Part shown: piece after piece, positions 16,370 through 26,238 of the stretch
How positions within the stretch are numbered: position 1 is the first letter of the stretch
Layout of the letters: each line of letters begins with the position of its first letter
Origin: Dehalococcoidia bacterium
GTDB lineage: Bacteria; Chloroflexota; Dehalococcoidia; Lucifugimonadales; Australimonadaceae
DNA: 64,000 nucleotides
NCBI GenBank assembly: GCA_965243745.1
Contig: CBDEVR010000002.1
Coordinates: 1,237,986 to 1,301,985 of the forward strand
Direction: 5' to 3'
Translations under genes and position numbers: made by a program
Notes under the pieces: generated by a model
Seen by the model: the letters and a program-made list of their open reading frames with translations, nothing else
What the model was told of the DNA's origin: nothing
Database searches by the model: none

Positions 16370-18792
16370 TCACAGCCCGTCGAAACCCACCAGCGTGCGC
16401 CGTCGCTGGTGAAACCGATGCAACCGTCCTCCGCGGTCGTGAACACCTGCTCTTCCCCTACCGAATCTTCCAGCCGCGTCATGACTTCCGGGGAAGGGTG
16501 TCCGAACCGGTTCTCCGCGTCTACCGGGATCGCGGCAACGGCAGGCGCGACGGCGGCAAGCAGCTCCGGCGACGTGGATGTATCGCTGCCGTGATGGCCC
16601 ACCTTCAGCACGTCGGCCCCGAGATCGAACCCTGCGTCGAGCAGGCCGTACTCGGCATCCGTGTACAGGTCGGCCATCAGCAGCGCCGACGCTTCGACGT
16701 AGGTGAGGCGGAGCACGATGCTGTTGTTGTTCAGGTCGGAGGAGGTGCCGGAGTGCAGCGGCAGCGGCGGGTTCAGCACCTCGAGCACGACGTCCTTCCC
16801 CAGCATCACCGTCACCCCGCGCACCCCTTCTTCCACTTCCACGCCCAGAGCGTCGAGTTCGGCGCGCCAGGCGACATCTTCGCCGGGAAGCGGTGGCGGC
16901 GCGAGCACTTGCTCGAACCGTCCCTCGCGCGCCAGCCCCAGTATGCCGGCTGCGTGGTCGGCGTGTCGATGCGTGAGCACGCCGATGTCCATCCGCAGCC
17001 CTTCGAGCGGGAGCAGGGAATCCACGAGGCTCGCGGTCTGCCGCGGGTCAGGACCTCCGTCCACCAGCGCCGTTGCCTTGTCAGGCGTCACGATGAGCAG
17101 CGCATCGCCCTGTCCCACGTCGAGTACGTGCAGGCGCAGCAGACCGCTGGAGGGCGTCAGCGCCGCCACCCAGACCGAACCCATGAGCACGGCTGCGAGG
17201 CCCAGTGCTGCTAGGCGTTCGGCGGGGCGAGCGGGTCCTTCCCATACGGCGCGTGCTGCCTCGATGGCTGCTGGCGCCCACCTTGGGCGGGTCACGGATG
17301 CCCCTGCACACGCCATCAGTGCGTAAGCACCCCAGACCCACGCCGCGCTCACCCCTTCCACCGTTACGCGTGCTCCCGGAACAGCCGCGAAGAGCGCCGC
17401 CAACTGGGTGAGCGCAGTGCCGGTCAGCCATGTCGCGACGCCCAGCGCATCGCCCAGCGGAGCGAACGCCAACCCGGCGGCTGCCGTCAGTGCCGATACG
17501 ATGAGGAACGACGGCATCACCAGCATCGCCACGAGTGTTGCGGGAGCGCCCAGCAGCGGGACATCCCCGAAGTTGAACGCCACGACCGGCAACGAGCCCG
17601 CGAATGCTCCCATCGAAACTGCCAGGCCCGCAGCTGCCGCTCCCAGCGCCTTGCCTGCCGTCTCCGGCAGCCGCGTACGCATGGTGGCCGTCCGCTCGAG
17701 TACCCAAGCGCTTGTGGGCAGTCCGATCAGGAGCACGCCCGCCATCGACGCGAAACTGAGTTGGAACGAGCGGTCCCACAGTGAGAGCGGCTCTGCCAGC
17801 AGCAGGAGGAAGGCCGACAGACCGAGTGCGTTGACCGCCGCCGGCATCCTTCCCACAGCGAGCGCCAGCAGGAATGCCGAACCCATCAGCCCCGCGCGCA
17901 CGGCGGACGGCGGAGCGCCCGCGAGCAGGACGTAGCCCCAGAGCAGCACCAGCGGCGCGATGAGGTAGATGCCGTGCCGGCGTCCCAGCAGCGCCCGCGA
18001 GACGAGGAGCGAGAGCCCCAGCATCAGCCCGACGTGCAGTCCTGACACGGCAAGCAGGTGGGCGAGTCCCGCCTCCCGGAAGTCTGCATAGACATCCGGC
18101 GTGATCCCTGCTCGCAGCCCAAGCAGCACCGCCGCCGCCACAGGCGCGACAGGTTCCGGCACGGAGCGGTGGAGGACATCCTGCAACCGGCCCCGAGCCC
18201 GGTGCAGCGCGGTTGCAGCGTCACCGGCCCCCGGCGTTACCGAAACGACCTCTGCGCCCGAGACCACCGTATGGATGCCCCGGACGGCAAGGTGCTCTCG
18301 GTAGTCGAACGGGCCGAGGTTGCGCGGCGCATCCAGGAACCCCTGTATGACAACCTCGTCGCCGTGACGCAGGAACGGGTATCCCCGGCCTTCAACAGCA
18401 GGCGGCTCCGGGTCCGCCCAGACGATCGCCTTACCAGGTGTGGCAACCCAGCCGCTCGGTTTGAGCGACTGCGTACCCTCGACGGTGAACCGCAGCGAGC
18501 TGCCTGCGGGCTCCGGTGCGCCTGTTACCTCTGCCCGCAGCGTGACATCTGTTCCGTGCAGCGCGGAGAGACCGTCGTCGGGGATCAGGTCGGGCAGGGG
18601 ACGTGCGAGGCCGAGCAGGCCTCCTGCAAGGAAGACCAGGGCCATGCCAACGCGCAGCCCGGCGAGCCTCAGCCGCAGGCCTCCGGCCCCCAGCGCGACG
18701 GCGGCCAGCGCTGCTCCCCAGAGAGGCACACCCGATCCGGACTGCATGAACAGCCCCAGCGCGTACCCGAGCCCCAACCAGGCGAGCGGCAT
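16366..18792 (-). CDS. comEC: ComEC/Rec2 DNA internalisation channel with metallo-beta-lactamase domain
   Basis: 808 aa polytopic protein. VLDVGQGDALLIV and HRHADHAAG (HxHxDH) beta-lactamase-fold C-terminus. Confidence 0.88.
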   Translation of the reverse strand: MPLAWLGLGYALGLFMQSGSGVPLWGAALAAVALGAGGLRLRLAGLRVGMALVFLAGGLLGLARPLPDLIPDDGLSALHGTDVTLRAEVTGAPEPAGSSLRFTVEGTQSLKPSGWVATPGKAIVWADPEPPAVEGRGYPFLRHGDEVVIQGFLDAPRNLGPFDYREHLAVRGIHTVVSGAEVVSVTPGAGDAATALHRARGRLQDVLHRSVPEPVAPVAAAVLLGLRAGITPDVYADFREAGLAHLLAVSGLHVGLMLGLSLLVSRALLGRRHGIYLIAPLVLLWGYVLLAGAPPSAVRAGLMGSAFLLALAVGRMPAAVNALGLSAFLLLLAEPLSLWDRSFQLSFASMAGVLLIGLPTSAWVLERTATMRTRLPETAGKALGAAAAGLAVSMGAFAGSLPVVAFNFGDVPLLGAPATLVAMLVMPSFLIVSALTAAAGLAFAPLGDALGVATWLTGTALTQLAALFAAVPGARVTVEGVSAAWVWGAYALMACAGASVTRPRWAPAAIEAARAVWEGPARPAERLAALGLAAVLMGSVWVAALTPSSGLLRLHVLDVGQGDALLIVTPDKATALVDGGPDPRQTASLVDSLLPLEGLRMDIGVLTHRHADHAAGILGLAREGRFEQVLAPPPLPGEDVAWRAELDALGVEVEEGVRGVTVMLGKDVVLEVLNPPLPLHSGTSSDLNNNSIVLRLTYVEASALLMADLYTDAEYGLLDAGFDLGADVLKVGHHGSDTSTSPELLAAVAPAVAAIPVDAENRFGHPSPEVMTRLEDSVGEEQVFTTAEDGCIGFTSDGARWWVSTGCD

Positions 18793-18795
18793 CGC

Positions 18796-20136
18796 CTACG
18801 TGCCTGCCCCACTCTCGCGGTCGGCGGCGGATGCCTGCCTCTCCACGAGCCGGATACGTGCGCTCAAGCGCCGGGGGGAGGCCATCGCCAGCGCTGTCGG
18901 TATCATCAGCGCGCCTATGAACGCCAGCACCCATATCGACGCGCGGTAGTCGCCCGTCACGTCGAACACCCAGGCCATGAAGATCGGTCCCAACACGCCC
19001 GCCGCCACCGAGCCGCCCTGCAGCATGCCCACGATCGATCCAAGTGAACGGTTGCCGAACATCATGCTTCCCAGGGTCCCTCGCGTGGGGATGACGCTGC
19101 CGAACCCGATGCCGAACAGCGCGACGAACGGCATCGCCAGCAGGATGGTAGTGGCGGTCACGAACTGCAGGTAGAGCATGGACGCCGTCAGCATGCCTGC
19201 CACCACTGCCAGCACGAGACGGTAGTCCGCCTTGTCCAGCATGTAGCCTGCGCCCATGCGGCCGATGCCGCTCAGGAGGAAAACGAGTGTGAACGTGACC
19301 GCCGCCTCGCTCTTGGTGAGGCCCGTGTCTTCAACGAAGTAGAAGATCTGGTGGACCTGGAACGCGGAGTTCACCATGAACATGCCGGAGAGGTAGCCCA
19401 TGAACAGCCAGAACTCCTTCGTGCGCATCGCCCGGCGGGCGCTCATGCCCTGAAGCTGTGGCAGCGTCCTTCGGGGCGCCCCCCGTTCGTCGCGCTCCGG
19501 CGGGTCGCCGTCCGGACGCATGCCGTAAGGCTCCGGCCGATCGCGTGCGATGGCGCTGATGAGCGTGAGGAACACGAGGACGATGACCCCGTAGGCGATG
19601 ATGATGTTCCGCCAGCCGAACGTCTCCTCGAGCGACGTGTTCAGGATGACGAACGGCGACCCGAAGATCGGCCCCATCACCGCAAGGCCCGTTGCGAGGC
19701 CGAGCCTGCGCCGGAACCACCGCGCGATCACCACCGGCCAGGTCACCGCGTGGCTCATCCCCGACGTGCCGATCGAGATGACGAAGATGGCAAGGTAGAA
19801 GGTCAGGATGCCGTTGATCAGCCCCAGCCCGACGAGACCGAGGCCGGTGATGATGGCGCTCCAGAAGAGCAGCGTACGCGGCTTTACCCTGTCCATCAGG
19901 ATGCCCACGAGCGGGCTCATGATGCCGGACTCCATCTGCCGCATCGACATCGCTCCGCCGACCACCGAGCGCGACCAACCGAAGTGCGCCTCGATGGAGA
20001 CGGCGAAGGCGCTCATCCCCTGGAAGTAGGCGGCGGAGAGGACGGTGTTCGTGAGGATGCTTCCGGCGACGAGGTACCAGCCGTAGAAGATGCGCGGTCG
20101 GCGCGTTGTGCCGGAGGCCGGGGTCTGGGGTTCCAA
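18796..20136 (-). CDS. MFS transporter (oxalate/formate antiporter-like)
   Basis: 12-TM-like protein beginning RIFYGWYLVAGSILTN. Start uncertain: in-frame TTG at 20136. The listed longer ORF runs antisense into the PPOX gene. Confidence 0.75.
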   Translation of the reverse strand: MEPQTPASGTTRRPRIFYGWYLVAGSILTNTVLSAAYFQGMSAFAVSIEAHFGWSRSVVGGAMSMRQMESGIMSPLVGILMDRVKPRTLLFWSAIITGLGLVGLGLINGILTFYLAIFVISIGTSGMSHAVTWPVVIARWFRRRLGLATGLAVMGPIFGSPFVILNTSLEETFGWRNIIIAYGVIVLVFLTLISAIARDRPEPYGMRPDGDPPERDERGAPRRTLPQLQGMSARRAMRTKEFWLFMGYLSGMFMVNSAFQVHQIFYFVEDTGLTKSEAAVTFTLVFLLSGIGRMGAGYMLDKADYRLVLAVVAGMLTASMLYLQFVTATTILLAMPFVALFGIGFGSVIPTRGTLGSMMFGNRSLGSIVGMLQGGSVAAGVLGPIFMAWVFDVTGDYRASIWVLAFIGALMIPTALAMASPRRLSARIRLVERQASAADRESGAGT

Positions 20137-20280
20137 GAAGCGTCTCCACCCGGCCCGGTGCAGGCCGGTATCACCGCATGGTAGCCGTGCGCGGCCATGA
20201 GGGAAACCGCGCTGAGCTTTGACAGCGGATGCGCCGGCTTCTATCGTGAGCGCTCCACTCCACCTCCGGAGGCTTGCTCG

Positions 20281-20703
20281 ATGGCGACCCTCGACGACCT
20301 GGATGGACTGCTGGCCCGGAACAACGTCGTCGTGTTCACGACGTTCCGGCGCGACGGGATGCCGCAGCAGAGCCTCGTCACTGTCGGCAAGATGGACGGC
20401 GGGCTCGCCTTCACGACGCGGTCTCGCAATGCGAAGGCGTACAACCTGGCGCGCGACCCGCGCTGCGCCATCATGCTCGTCAGGCCGGACAATCGCGGGT
20501 TCGCCGTGCTGGACGGCACGGCGGAGGTGCAGGGCGCCCACAACACGGACGCAGACGCGCTGCGCCTCCGGTTGCGGGAGGTCTACCGCGTCGCGGCGGG
20601 CAAGGAGCACCCCGACTGGGACGAGTACGACCGCGTGATGCTGGAGGAGGGGCGCGTCGCCGTGCTGCTGCGGCCCGGCCGCATCTTCGCGAGGAATGCC
20701 TAG
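20281..20703 (+). CDS. PPOX-class (pyridoxamine 5'-phosphate oxidase fold) probable F420-dependent enzyme
   Basis: Internal ATG gives MATLDDLDGLLARNNVVVFTTFRRDGMPQQSLV, typical of the split-barrel family. Confidence 0.75.
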   Translation: MATLDDLDGLLARNNVVVFTTFRRDGMPQQSLVTVGKMDGGLAFTTRSRNAKAYNLARDPRCAIMLVRPDNRGFAVLDGTAEVQGAHNTDADALRLRLREVYRVAAGKEHPDWDEYDRVMLEEGRVAVLLRPGRIFARNA

Positions 20704-21914
20704 GGCCCGTCCTCGCCTCCCTCGTCCTCAGACTCCTGCTCGTCGAAGCTGACCTCCTCGAGCGTCAGTTCGAACGTGAACCGCACCGCGGCACGGACGA
20801 CTTCGACGCTGATGGTGTCCCCGACGCGGTAGTCGGTGAGGAGCATCAGCACCAGCTGGCTCGTTCCGGTTATCGGAACCCCGTCCACCTGCACGATGAC
20901 GTCGTCCACCTCGACGCCTGCGCGCTGCGCCGGGCTGTCGTCGGCGACAGAGATCACCAGAGCGCCTTCGTCCACGGTCAGGTCGCGCTCCGTCACGGCG
21001 GTGGGCGTGACGTCCTGCACGGTGATGCCCATGCGCGGGCGCACCACGCGTCCGAACTCGATGATGTGCTGCGCTACGGGGATGGCGGTGTCGGCGCTGA
21101 TGGCAAAGCCCATGCCGTCGATGGAGACGCCGCCGCTCAGCGATTCGCGGATGACGCGGGTGTTGATGCCGACGACCTCGCCGTTCAGGTTGAGGAGGGG
21201 CCCGCCGCTGTTGCCGGGGTTGATGACCGCGTCCGTCTGGAGCAGGTTGTCCAGCCGCTCGTCGCCGGTCCCGAGCGACCGTCCCTTGGCGCTCAGCACG
21301 CCGACGGTGACGGAACCCTGGAACCCGAGCGGGCTGCCGATCGCCACCAGCCACTCGCCGATGCGGAGCCTGTTCACATCGCCCAGGCGCAGGATGACTA
21401 GGTCCTCCACCTCGTCCGGGTCCACCTTGAGCACCGCGAGGTCGGTCTGCCTGTCCGTACCGATGATCTCAGCGGGCAAGCGCTGGCGGTTGGAGAGCAC
21501 CACCTCCACCTTGGTCGCGCCATCGATGACGTGGTCGTTGGTGAGGATGAAGCCCTCCTCGCGGAAGAAGACCCCGGACCCTTGCGAGACGCCGGGCGTC
21601 GTCTGGCCGAACACGTTCGTCTGCTCGACCGTCGCGAGCACCTGGACGACAGCGGGCATGGTCCGCTCCACGGTGTCGGCGATGAAGAACGCCGCGGTGA
21701 GCAGGTCCGCCTGCCGCTGGGCCGGATCGACGGTGGGGGTCGGGAGCGGACGGAAGGAGTCAGGTGTGGCGGTGGGAAGGTCGGCCGCAGACTTCGGCGT
21801 CTTCGTCGGTGTGGGCGCGGCGGTGCTCGTGCATGCGGCCAGCGCAACAACGGCGAGCGCCGCCAGGAGCAGGGTGATCAGTCTGTGCAAGCGGGGCCTC
21901 CATAGGAGAGACAT
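20700..21914 (-). CDS. S1C (HtrA/DegP-like) serine protease with PDZ domain, probable lipoprotein
   Basis: Triad contexts TNDHVI, DLAVLKV, GNSGGPLL; C-terminal PDZ. Lipobox LAAC after MSLLWRPRLHRLITLLLAALAVVA. Alternative GTG start at 22007 overlaps the rph stop. Confidence 0.88.
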   Translation of the reverse strand: MSLLWRPRLHRLITLLLAALAVVALAACTSTAAPTPTKTPKSAADLPTATPDSFRPLPTPTVDPAQRQADLLTAAFFIADTVERTMPAVVQVLATVEQTNVFGQTTPGVSQGSGVFFREEGFILTNDHVIDGATKVEVVLSNRQRLPAEIIGTDRQTDLAVLKVDPDEVEDLVILRLGDVNRLRIGEWLVAIGSPLGFQGSVTVGVLSAKGRSLGTGDERLDNLLQTDAVINPGNSGGPLLNLNGEVVGINTRVIRESLSGGVSIDGMGFAISADTAIPVAQHIIEFGRVVRPRMGITVQDVTPTAVTERDLTVDEGALVISVADDSPAQRAGVEVDDVIVQVDGVPITGTSQLVLMLLTDYRVGDTISVEVVRAAVRFTFELTLEEVSFDEQESEDEGGEDGP

Positions 21915-22003
21915 AGGAGTAATCGGTTCGAGTACATCCCTTCGCTTAACATGATACGGCGTGTCATGCGGGTTGGATTCGCCGAGTCGGGGCCGACGCC
22001 CCT

Positions 22004-22729
<726 letters not shown>

Positions 22730-22737
22730 GGGTCCTC

Positions 22738-23547
22738 CTACGTGCCCAGCCGCACGGGGTCGGCTTCCTGCTGGAGGGTGCGGATGATGGACATGGCGGT
22801 GAGCCGCCCGGTCTTCGGGTTCTCGCCGGGGATGTTCTCCAGGTGGAGGCGCATCAGCCCGAACTCGCCCTCGACCTCGATGTCGTGGCAGTTCCTCTGG
22901 AGGCCGGGGGACGCGATCATCTTGACGGTCGTGCGATCGGGGCCGATGCCCGCGAAGCTGACCGCCGCCGAGACGTTGAGGTTGGCGGGGAAGCCGACGC
23001 AGGCCTCGCGGGCGGAGCCTTCGAAGATGACCTCCTCCTCTTCCATCGCCCAGAGATCGATGCCGTTCTTGACGACGTGCGGCGCGCCGTCCAGCGCCGC
23101 CGGGCCCTTGCGGGACTCCATGACGACGCGGTCTATGCGGCCCACGGAGGCGGACTTGATGCCGTCCAGCCCGATGATGGCGCCGGAGGGCATGAGCAGG
23201 CGGCAGCCGGTCTCCCGGGCCCTGTCGAGCAGTTCCGGGTGGGCGATGAGCGCGCCAACGCTGATGACCATAGCGCCCTTACCCGCGGCGAAGGCGGCCT
23301 CGACCAGGCCGGGCACGATGGGCGCGCCCGCGGCCTCGACGAGCAGGTCGGCCTGCTCGATCAGTTCGCCGGTGCTCATGTACGCCGGGGGCGTGCGGAG
23401 CGTGTCGAGGAACTCTCGGGCATTGGCCTCCGAGCGGCTCGCGACGCCCGCGACCTCCATGCCGCCGAGCGTGCCGTCGTCAGCGGCGCGCAGGATGGCC
23501 CTGCCTATCGCGCCGCAACCGACGATGCCGATGGTGGGGGCGGCCAT
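22738..23547 (-). CDS. aspartate dehydrogenase-domain protein (NadX-like)
   Basis: [13 protein letters not shown] Rossmann N-terminus and overall length and pattern of the L-aspartate dehydrogenase family. Confidence 0.6.
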   Translation of the reverse strand: MAAPTIGIVGCGAIGRAILRAADDGTLGGMEVAGVASRSEANAREFLDTLRTPPAYMSTGELIEQADLLVEAAGAPIVPGLVEAAFAAGKGAMVISVGALIAHPELLDRARETGCRLLMPSGAIIGLDGIKSASVGRIDRVVMESRKGPAALDGAPHVVKNGIDLWAMEEEEVIFEGSAREACVGFPANLNVSAAVSFAGIGPDRTTVKMIASPGLQRNCHDIEVEGEFGLMRLHLENIPGENPKTGRLTAMSIIRTLQQEADPVRLGT

Positions 23548-23549
23548 GG

Positions 23550-24497
23550 CTACTTCTCGTTGCCCTCTTCCAGCCAGGCGATGTAGTCGGCCATGGCGGA
23601 CTCGGGCGTGAAGGCGTTCTCGAAGCCAAGCTCATCCTTCGCGCGGCTCATGTCCAGGTAGTTCTGCTCCTTGTAGCCGGGGCCTCTGCCGTCCTGCAGC
23701 GGGAGGCTGGCGTCCGGCTTGACGGCCTTGACGGAATCGACGAGGCGCTGGTTGGAGACCGCGACGCCGGAGCTGACGTTGTAGATGCGGTTCGGCAGGT
23801 TCTCGGTGAGCTGGACGAGCCTGATGCCCTGCGCGCAGTCCTTCACGTAGCAGACGTCGCCGGTGTCCTCGGCGAACGGCACGCCGCTGCGGGAGTAGTC
23901 CGGCTCCGTGCCATTGACGGCGGCGTGAGCGAGCCTGCTGGGAAGGTTCATCATGGAGTGGTAGAGGGGTCCCCAGATGCCGCCGATGCGCATGGAGACG
24001 ACGTCCAGGCCGGTGCGTCCCGCATAGTGGAACGCGAGGATCTCCCAGGACTTCTTGAACGTCTCGGTGGGGTTGGCGGACTCCACGGGCAGCCGGTCGG
24101 TCTCACTGTAGGGGCCGCCGGGGAGGCTGTGGTAGACGGCGATGGAGCTGGCGAGCGAGAGGCGCTTGACCTCCGCGTTGCGGGCCGCTTCCAGCACGCC
24201 GATGAGGCCGTTCATGTTGACGCGGTAGTCCTCGTAGGGACCCAGCGCGGCCACGCCGGGGACGGCGAGGTGAACGATGTGCTCCGTCTTGTGCTTCTTC
24301 GCCAACTCTTCGATGACGCCCGGCTGCGAAGCGTCCGCCTTTTCGACGATGACGCGCTTGCCGTACTCGTCCTTGATGAACGAGGGCTCGCGCCACGTCT
24401 GATAGTACGTGATGACGACGTCTTCGCCCGCGTCGACGAACGCCCTGGCCGTGTGCAGGCCGATGAAACCCATTCCGCCTGTGATGAGGACTGTCAC
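23550..24497 (-). CDS. NAD-dependent epimerase/dehydratase family protein
   Basis: MTVLITGGMGFIGLHTARAF; extended SDR fold. Confidence 0.85.
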   Translation of the reverse strand: MTVLITGGMGFIGLHTARAFVDAGEDVVITYYQTWREPSFIKDEYGKRVIVEKADASQPGVIEELAKKHKTEHIVHLAVPGVAALGPYEDYRVNMNGLIGVLEAARNAEVKRLSLASSIAVYHSLPGGPYSETDRLPVESANPTETFKKSWEILAFHYAGRTGLDVVSMRIGGIWGPLYHSMMNLPSRLAHAAVNGTEPDYSRSGVPFAEDTGDVCYVKDCAQGIRLVQLTENLPNRIYNVSSGVAVSNQRLVDSVKAVKPDASLPLQDGRGPGYKEQNYLDMSRAKDELGFENAFTPESAMADYIAWLEEGNEK

Positions 24498-25039
24498 CGT
24501 CCACCTCCGCTGAAAGCAAGTGCTGTGGGCGCGCGCCGCGCCGCAGTCGGTAAGGGTACCCCATCGCGCCCGGATGCGCGAGCGGCGCCCCTGTGGGGCG
24601 GCTGCCGATCAAGGTGGCCAACCCTGCTGAATTCTGGCCCCCTTGATCCGCTCCTTACGAGTGAGACCGCCGAGCCGTTTGGCCTCCTTGATATCCTTGA
24701 TCGGAGCGTTTCCAAGGCCGTGGCCTGCTTCCCGCAGCCAGAGGCATCAAGAATCTCAAGAGGGCCAACGTTTCGGAAGTTGGGGCCGGAGCCATAGGCG
24801 CCGTTGATAGTTTGGGCTGCGAGCCATAGATGCGGTCCATAGGTGCGGCAGGGCGCGCGGTCATGGAACCAGCGTAACGGACGCGGGGGCGACGGCGTAA
24901 GGGGCGGATGTCAGGCGCCATTGGGCACCCCGAGAGATTTCTCGACTCCGCTGCGCTGCGCTCGAAATGACAACCCCACACCACTACCCCACCGCCCAGG
25001 CCGGGAATGACTCCGTCCCCTGCTGTCGAGCGGCAGCGC

Positions 25040-26005
25040 TTAAAATTCTTGGCCGGAGTCGAGCCAGGCGATGTAGTCGGCGATGGCGGCGGGGATGGTC
25101 CAGGCGGGGCGCCAGCCGGTCTCGGCGGTGATGCGCTCGTTGTCGAGGCAGGCGTTGGGGCGGTAGCGGGGGCTGCGTCCTTCCTGGAGGTCCGCGTCGA
25201 AGCCGGGCCTGGCGGCGCGGACGGCGTCGAGGAGTTCGGCTGCGGTGACGGTCTCGGCGCGTCCGATGTTGTAGACGGTGTGGGCGAGCGACGGCGCGAG
25301 CTGCAGCGAGCGTATCGCCTCGGCCACGTCCGGTGCGTAGGTGATGTCGAACGTGTCCCCGCCGAACGGGACACCGCCGAAGCGCTCGGAGAAGTCCGGC
25401 TCATGGCCCCGGGACGCGGCGTGGCAGAGGCGGCTCATCAGGTTCAGCATCGAGCGGTAGGTGGGGCCGAAGACGCCGCTGATGCGCATGGAGACGACCT
25501 CCATGTCGGCGGTGGCGGCGTAGTTGTTGGCGTAGTTATGGACGAGCACCTCCCACGCCTTTTTGAACGCGCCGGGCTGCACGCGGCCAGTGAGCAGGAT
25601 GGGAGTCTCCTCGTGGAACGGCCCCTCCGGGAGTTCGGCGAACATCGCGCCGTTGGACCCCCAGCAGAAGCGCTTCACGCCCGCGGCCCTTGCGCCGTCG
25701 AACAGATGCGAGAGCTTGTCCATGTTGATGCGGACGTCCTCGCCGGGGTCAGTAGAGGCGCGCCGGTGGAGCGCGAGGTGGACGATGCCGTCCGCGCCGT
25801 GCTTCCGGGCGACCGTCTCGATAGAGCCGGGCTCATCGAGGTCGCACCGCTCGATCGTGACGTTCTTACCGACGTACGGCTCAAGGAAGGTCGGCACGCG
25901 GGTGCTCTCGTACGACGTGGCGACGACCTGCTCTCCGGCCTCGGCGAACGCCCGCACGGTGTGCGAGCCGATGAAGCCGAGGCCGCCCGTAACGATGGTG
26001 GTCAT
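25040..26005 (-). CDS. NAD-dependent epimerase/dehydratase family protein (paralogue of 23550..24497)
   Basis: Internal ATG 26005 preceded by AAGGAG. MTTIVTGGLGFIGSHTVRAF; collinear with the neighbouring paralogue. Confidence 0.85.
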   Translation of the reverse strand: MTTIVTGGLGFIGSHTVRAFAEAGEQVVATSYESTRVPTFLEPYVGKNVTIERCDLDEPGSIETVARKHGADGIVHLALHRRASTDPGEDVRINMDKLSHLFDGARAAGVKRFCWGSNGAMFAELPEGPFHEETPILLTGRVQPGAFKKAWEVLVHNYANNYAATADMEVVSMRISGVFGPTYRSMLNLMSRLCHAASRGHEPDFSERFGGVPFGGDTFDITYAPDVAEAIRSLQLAPSLAHTVYNIGRAETVTAAELLDAVRAARPGFDADLQEGRSPRYRPNACLDNERITAETGWRPAWTIPAAIADYIAWLDSGQEF

Positions 26006-26238
26006 GAGGTGCTCCTTGCGGAGACCTTGCGGGGGCTCGGAGCAGCGTAGTTCTTCCCACCCACCCGCCCGAACGCTTGTGGGGGACACCCCCACGCCTC
26101 CGGCAGCGGGGAAGTCCCCTCTGCACTTCCCTAGTGGGCATTCACCAACGGTGCCCCTGCGGCGATGGCAAGGTCTCAGGTTGAGTTAGCAGTCGGAGGC
26201 TACCACACGGGCCGAACGCGACAGATCACTCCCGGGCG

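Noticed and set aside
20137-20610. N-terminal 158 codons of the listed MFS ORF
   Set aside because: This part is Arg-rich and non-membrane, and it runs antisense through the PPOX-class gene. The MFS fold begins near RIFYGWY, so the start was trimmed to an in-frame TTG (uncertain).
24655-25404. 249-aa Pro/Ser/Thr-rich minus-strand ORF bridging the intergenic gap
   Set aside because: It is an alternative frame of the epimerase gene 3' part, is low-complexity, and has no SD.
26079-26095. gtggggg-aca-cccccac hairpin as an ileS terminator
   Set aside because: It lies about 140 nt downstream of the ileS stop, has no U-tract, and is too weak to call.
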